DNA of 64,000 nucleotides from Gammaproteobacteria bacterium (lineage in GTDB: Bacteria; Pseudomonadota; Gammaproteobacteria; SURF-13): contig JBCKVB010000003.1 of assembly GCA_038924245.1 (NCBI GenBank), positions 358 through 64,357 of the forward strand, written 5' to 3'. Position numbers and translations under genes: made by a program. The notes beneath the pieces are model-generated. The model was not told the origin of the DNA. It saw only the letters and a list, made by a program, of their open reading frames with translations, and did not search any database. Each line of letters begins with the position of its first letter. Positions within the stretch are counted from its first letter, which is position 1. Positions 63,001-64,000 of the stretch are shown here, piece after piece.

Positions 63001-63549
63001 GACGCGCAGTGCGCGGATTTGAACGAGGCGCTCGCCACCCTGGAAGAGGCAATCCGCAAGATAGACCGCGAGACGCGCGCGCGTTTCAAGGCCACCTACG
63101 ACAAGGTCAACGACGGCTTCAAGGCCCTGTTCCCGCGCCTGTTTGGCGGCGGCCAGGCATATCTGGAGATGACCGGCGACGATCTACTCAACACCGGCGT
63201 TACGGTGATGGCGCGCCCGCCGGGCAAGCGCAACAGCACCATCCATTTGCTGTCCGGCGGCGAGAAGGCGTTGACCACCGTGGCGCTGATCTTCTCCATT
63301 TTTGAGCTCAACCCCGCCCCGTTCTGCATGCTGGACGAGGTGGACGCCTCCCTGGATGAAGCTAACGTCGGACGCTTCTGCGAGCTGGTGAATGAAATGT
63401 CGAAACGCATACAGTTCATCATCGTCACCCACAACAAGGTGACCATGGAGATGGTGAATCAGCTGATCGGCGTCACCATGCAGGAGGCGGGCGTGTCGCG
63501 CCTGGTGGCGGTGGATATAGACGAAGCAGTGCAATTGGCGGCGATGTAA
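60040..63549 (+). CDS. smc: chromosome segregation protein SMC
   Basis: 1169 aa. N-terminal Walker A (GPNGCGKSNVIDA), long coiled coils around a hinge, and C-terminal signature LSGGEKALTTVAL with Walker B (FCMLDEVDASLD). Confidence 0.97.
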   Translation: MRLSKIKLSGFKSFVDPTLLHLPSSLVGVVGPNGCGKSNVIDAVRWVMGEISAKSLRGDSMTDVIFNGSSTRKPVGQAMVEIVFDNSDHSLGGQYAAYSEIAIKREVSRDGQSSYYLNGARCRRRDVIDVFLGTGLGPHSYAIIEQGMISRLIEAKPEDLRVFLEEAAGISKYKERRRETETRIAHTRENLARLNDVRGEIEKQLEHLQRQSSAAQRYQRLKEEERRLKAELLALRLRGLQNEGAEQSRAISGQETELEAALAKQREIEAGIEKLRAAQDDIAAHFNSVQARFYNVGAEIARVEQAIQHARERREQSGRDLEQAGHALRETGAHLEADRARITELNGELAQIEPALHGSADARQAADAALNQAEQAMRQWQDKWEAHQEQRALLTQAEQVERTRLEHLQQQHAQLQQRLERLQAERETLPPAAIEQDIQLLDSEHAEQQRQLQRLQQEGAELQARITQLREAIARDSAQLQAHRTALEPRRAELTSLSALQQAALGKGSTGVAAWLAQQGLQDAPRLAEGLEVESGWEDAVEAVLHFYLGAVCVHGLQGVAAALAQPPAALAILDLDAPACAHARGPAPALLDKVRAAPARLDALLGHVYTAESLTEALTLTPRMQTHESVITRDGLWLGNGWLRVTREEDASAGVLWREHELKQLAPEVRRRSDEIAAAQQQLDAAQEELAQLERRREAMQEDMQETHRAHGDVQAQLRGKQTHLAQLRTRHEQIQNEIEELQLQSATVLDDVHAAQRRLREAESGGAALTQQGVEQARERDAFTQALEQARQAARAAHEEAHQLALREQSLRAALSAAGQGVERMQQQLRQLQARLDELRRGLTEGEAPLAALQAELQQWLQQRAQAESDLARARAHLEEHDQSLRGAEQERHRAEQVAQENRALLETLRLKAQELKVRAQGLQEQIREAGHEPEALLQELDGAAYEAERQTRLDGVTQKIQRLGPINLAAIEEFNEQSERKNYLDAQCADLNEALATLEEAIRKIDRETRARFKATYDKVNDGFKALFPRLFGGGQAYLEMTGDDLLNTGVTVMARPPGKRNSTIHLLSGGEKALTTVALIFSIFELNPAPFCMLDEVDASLDEANVGRFCELVNEMSKRIQFIIVTHNKVTMEMVNQLIGVTMQEAGVSRLVAVDIDEAVQLAAM

Positions 63550-63575
63550 TCCTTGACGAAACAGCGGGTCGAACG

Positions 63576-64000
63576 ATGGAACTGCGCGTAATGTTAATTC
63601 TGGCCGGCGCGTTGCTCGTTCTCGGCTTGTATCTGTGGGAAAGATACCGGCGCGCCTCCGCAACACGGCGCGCCTCGGTCCGGCAAACGCCTGTTGTGGC
63701 GGAACAGCAGCCCGGCCAGTTCCCGCCCGCCAAGCCGCTGACGCCTCCGCCTCTGCCGGGAGCGCCGCGGCAGGTCATCGCACTGCACGTCATTAGCCGG
63801 GAAAATTTACCCGGGCCGGACATCATCGCCGCCCTGAACGCCGCGGATATGCAGTTGGGGCCGATGCGGATATTCCACCGTTGGCCGCCTGCGCCGCACG
63901 AGGCAGGAGGCCGGGAGCGACCGCCGGAGTCCGGGTCACCCCCCCAGCCTGTATTCAGCCTGGCCAATATGGTTGAGCCAGGCCATATACCCGCCGAACA
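63576..64000 (+). CDS. zipA: cell division protein ZipA (N-terminal about 141 codons; continues beyond the window)
   Basis: Not in the ORF track because it has no stop in the window. My translation is MELRVMLILAGALLVLGLYLWERYRR… (TM), a P/Q-rich linker, then …VIALHVISRENLPGPDIIAALNAADMQLGPMRIFHRW…PVFSLANMVEPG, which matches the ZipA FtsZ-binding domain. smc-zipA order is conserved. Confidence 0.85.
   Translation, partial: MELRVMLILAGALLVLGLYLWERYRRASATRRASVRQTPVVAEQQPGQFPPAKPLTPPPLPGAPRQVIALHVISRENLPGPDIIAALNAADMQLGPMRIFHRWPPAPHEAGGRERPPESGSPPQPVFSLANMVEPGHIPAE

Overview
GC-rich proteobacterial chromosomal core segment with gammaproteobacterium-like (Pseudomonas-like) gene order. I call about 55 protein genes, 4 tRNAs and 1 TPP riboswitch. 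In window order: a TolC/RND/MFP efflux operon; a riboswitch-controlled thiC; pip-dtd; hemE; a Doc/AbrB toxin-antitoxin pair; gltBD; dgt-aroB-aroK-pilQPONM divergent from mrcA; priA; argS; thrB; polA; resB-ccsA; ispB divergent from rplU-rpmA; tig-clpP-clpX-lon-hupB-tRNAs-ppiD; dksA; cbbY-like; queF; smc-zipA. No CRISPR array, prophage, IS transposase or classical defence island is visible. The unusual content is a dense population of short GC-rich hairpin repeats (REP/MITE-like). Several of them sit inside conserved housekeeping genes. (1) A modular 51/69/87-bp repeat is inserted in-frame and stop-free in priA and in the polA exonuclease domain, with a fragment in zipA. This resembles the in-frame palindromic elements known from Rickettsia. 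(2) thiC is interrupted just behind its riboswitch by an exactly 270-bp insert made of hairpins. The insert contains stop codons, is bounded by an ACGG direct repeat, and its precise removal restores a full-length gene. (3) A MITE-like family with 21-bp terminal inverted repeats brackets the gltBD operon. Other notable sites are a cluster of three DnaA boxes upstream of priA, five tandem ~23-bp repeats between queF and smc, and several multi-hairpin intergenic clusters. All calls come from reading the sequence and ORF translations by eye. No database search or folding program was run.
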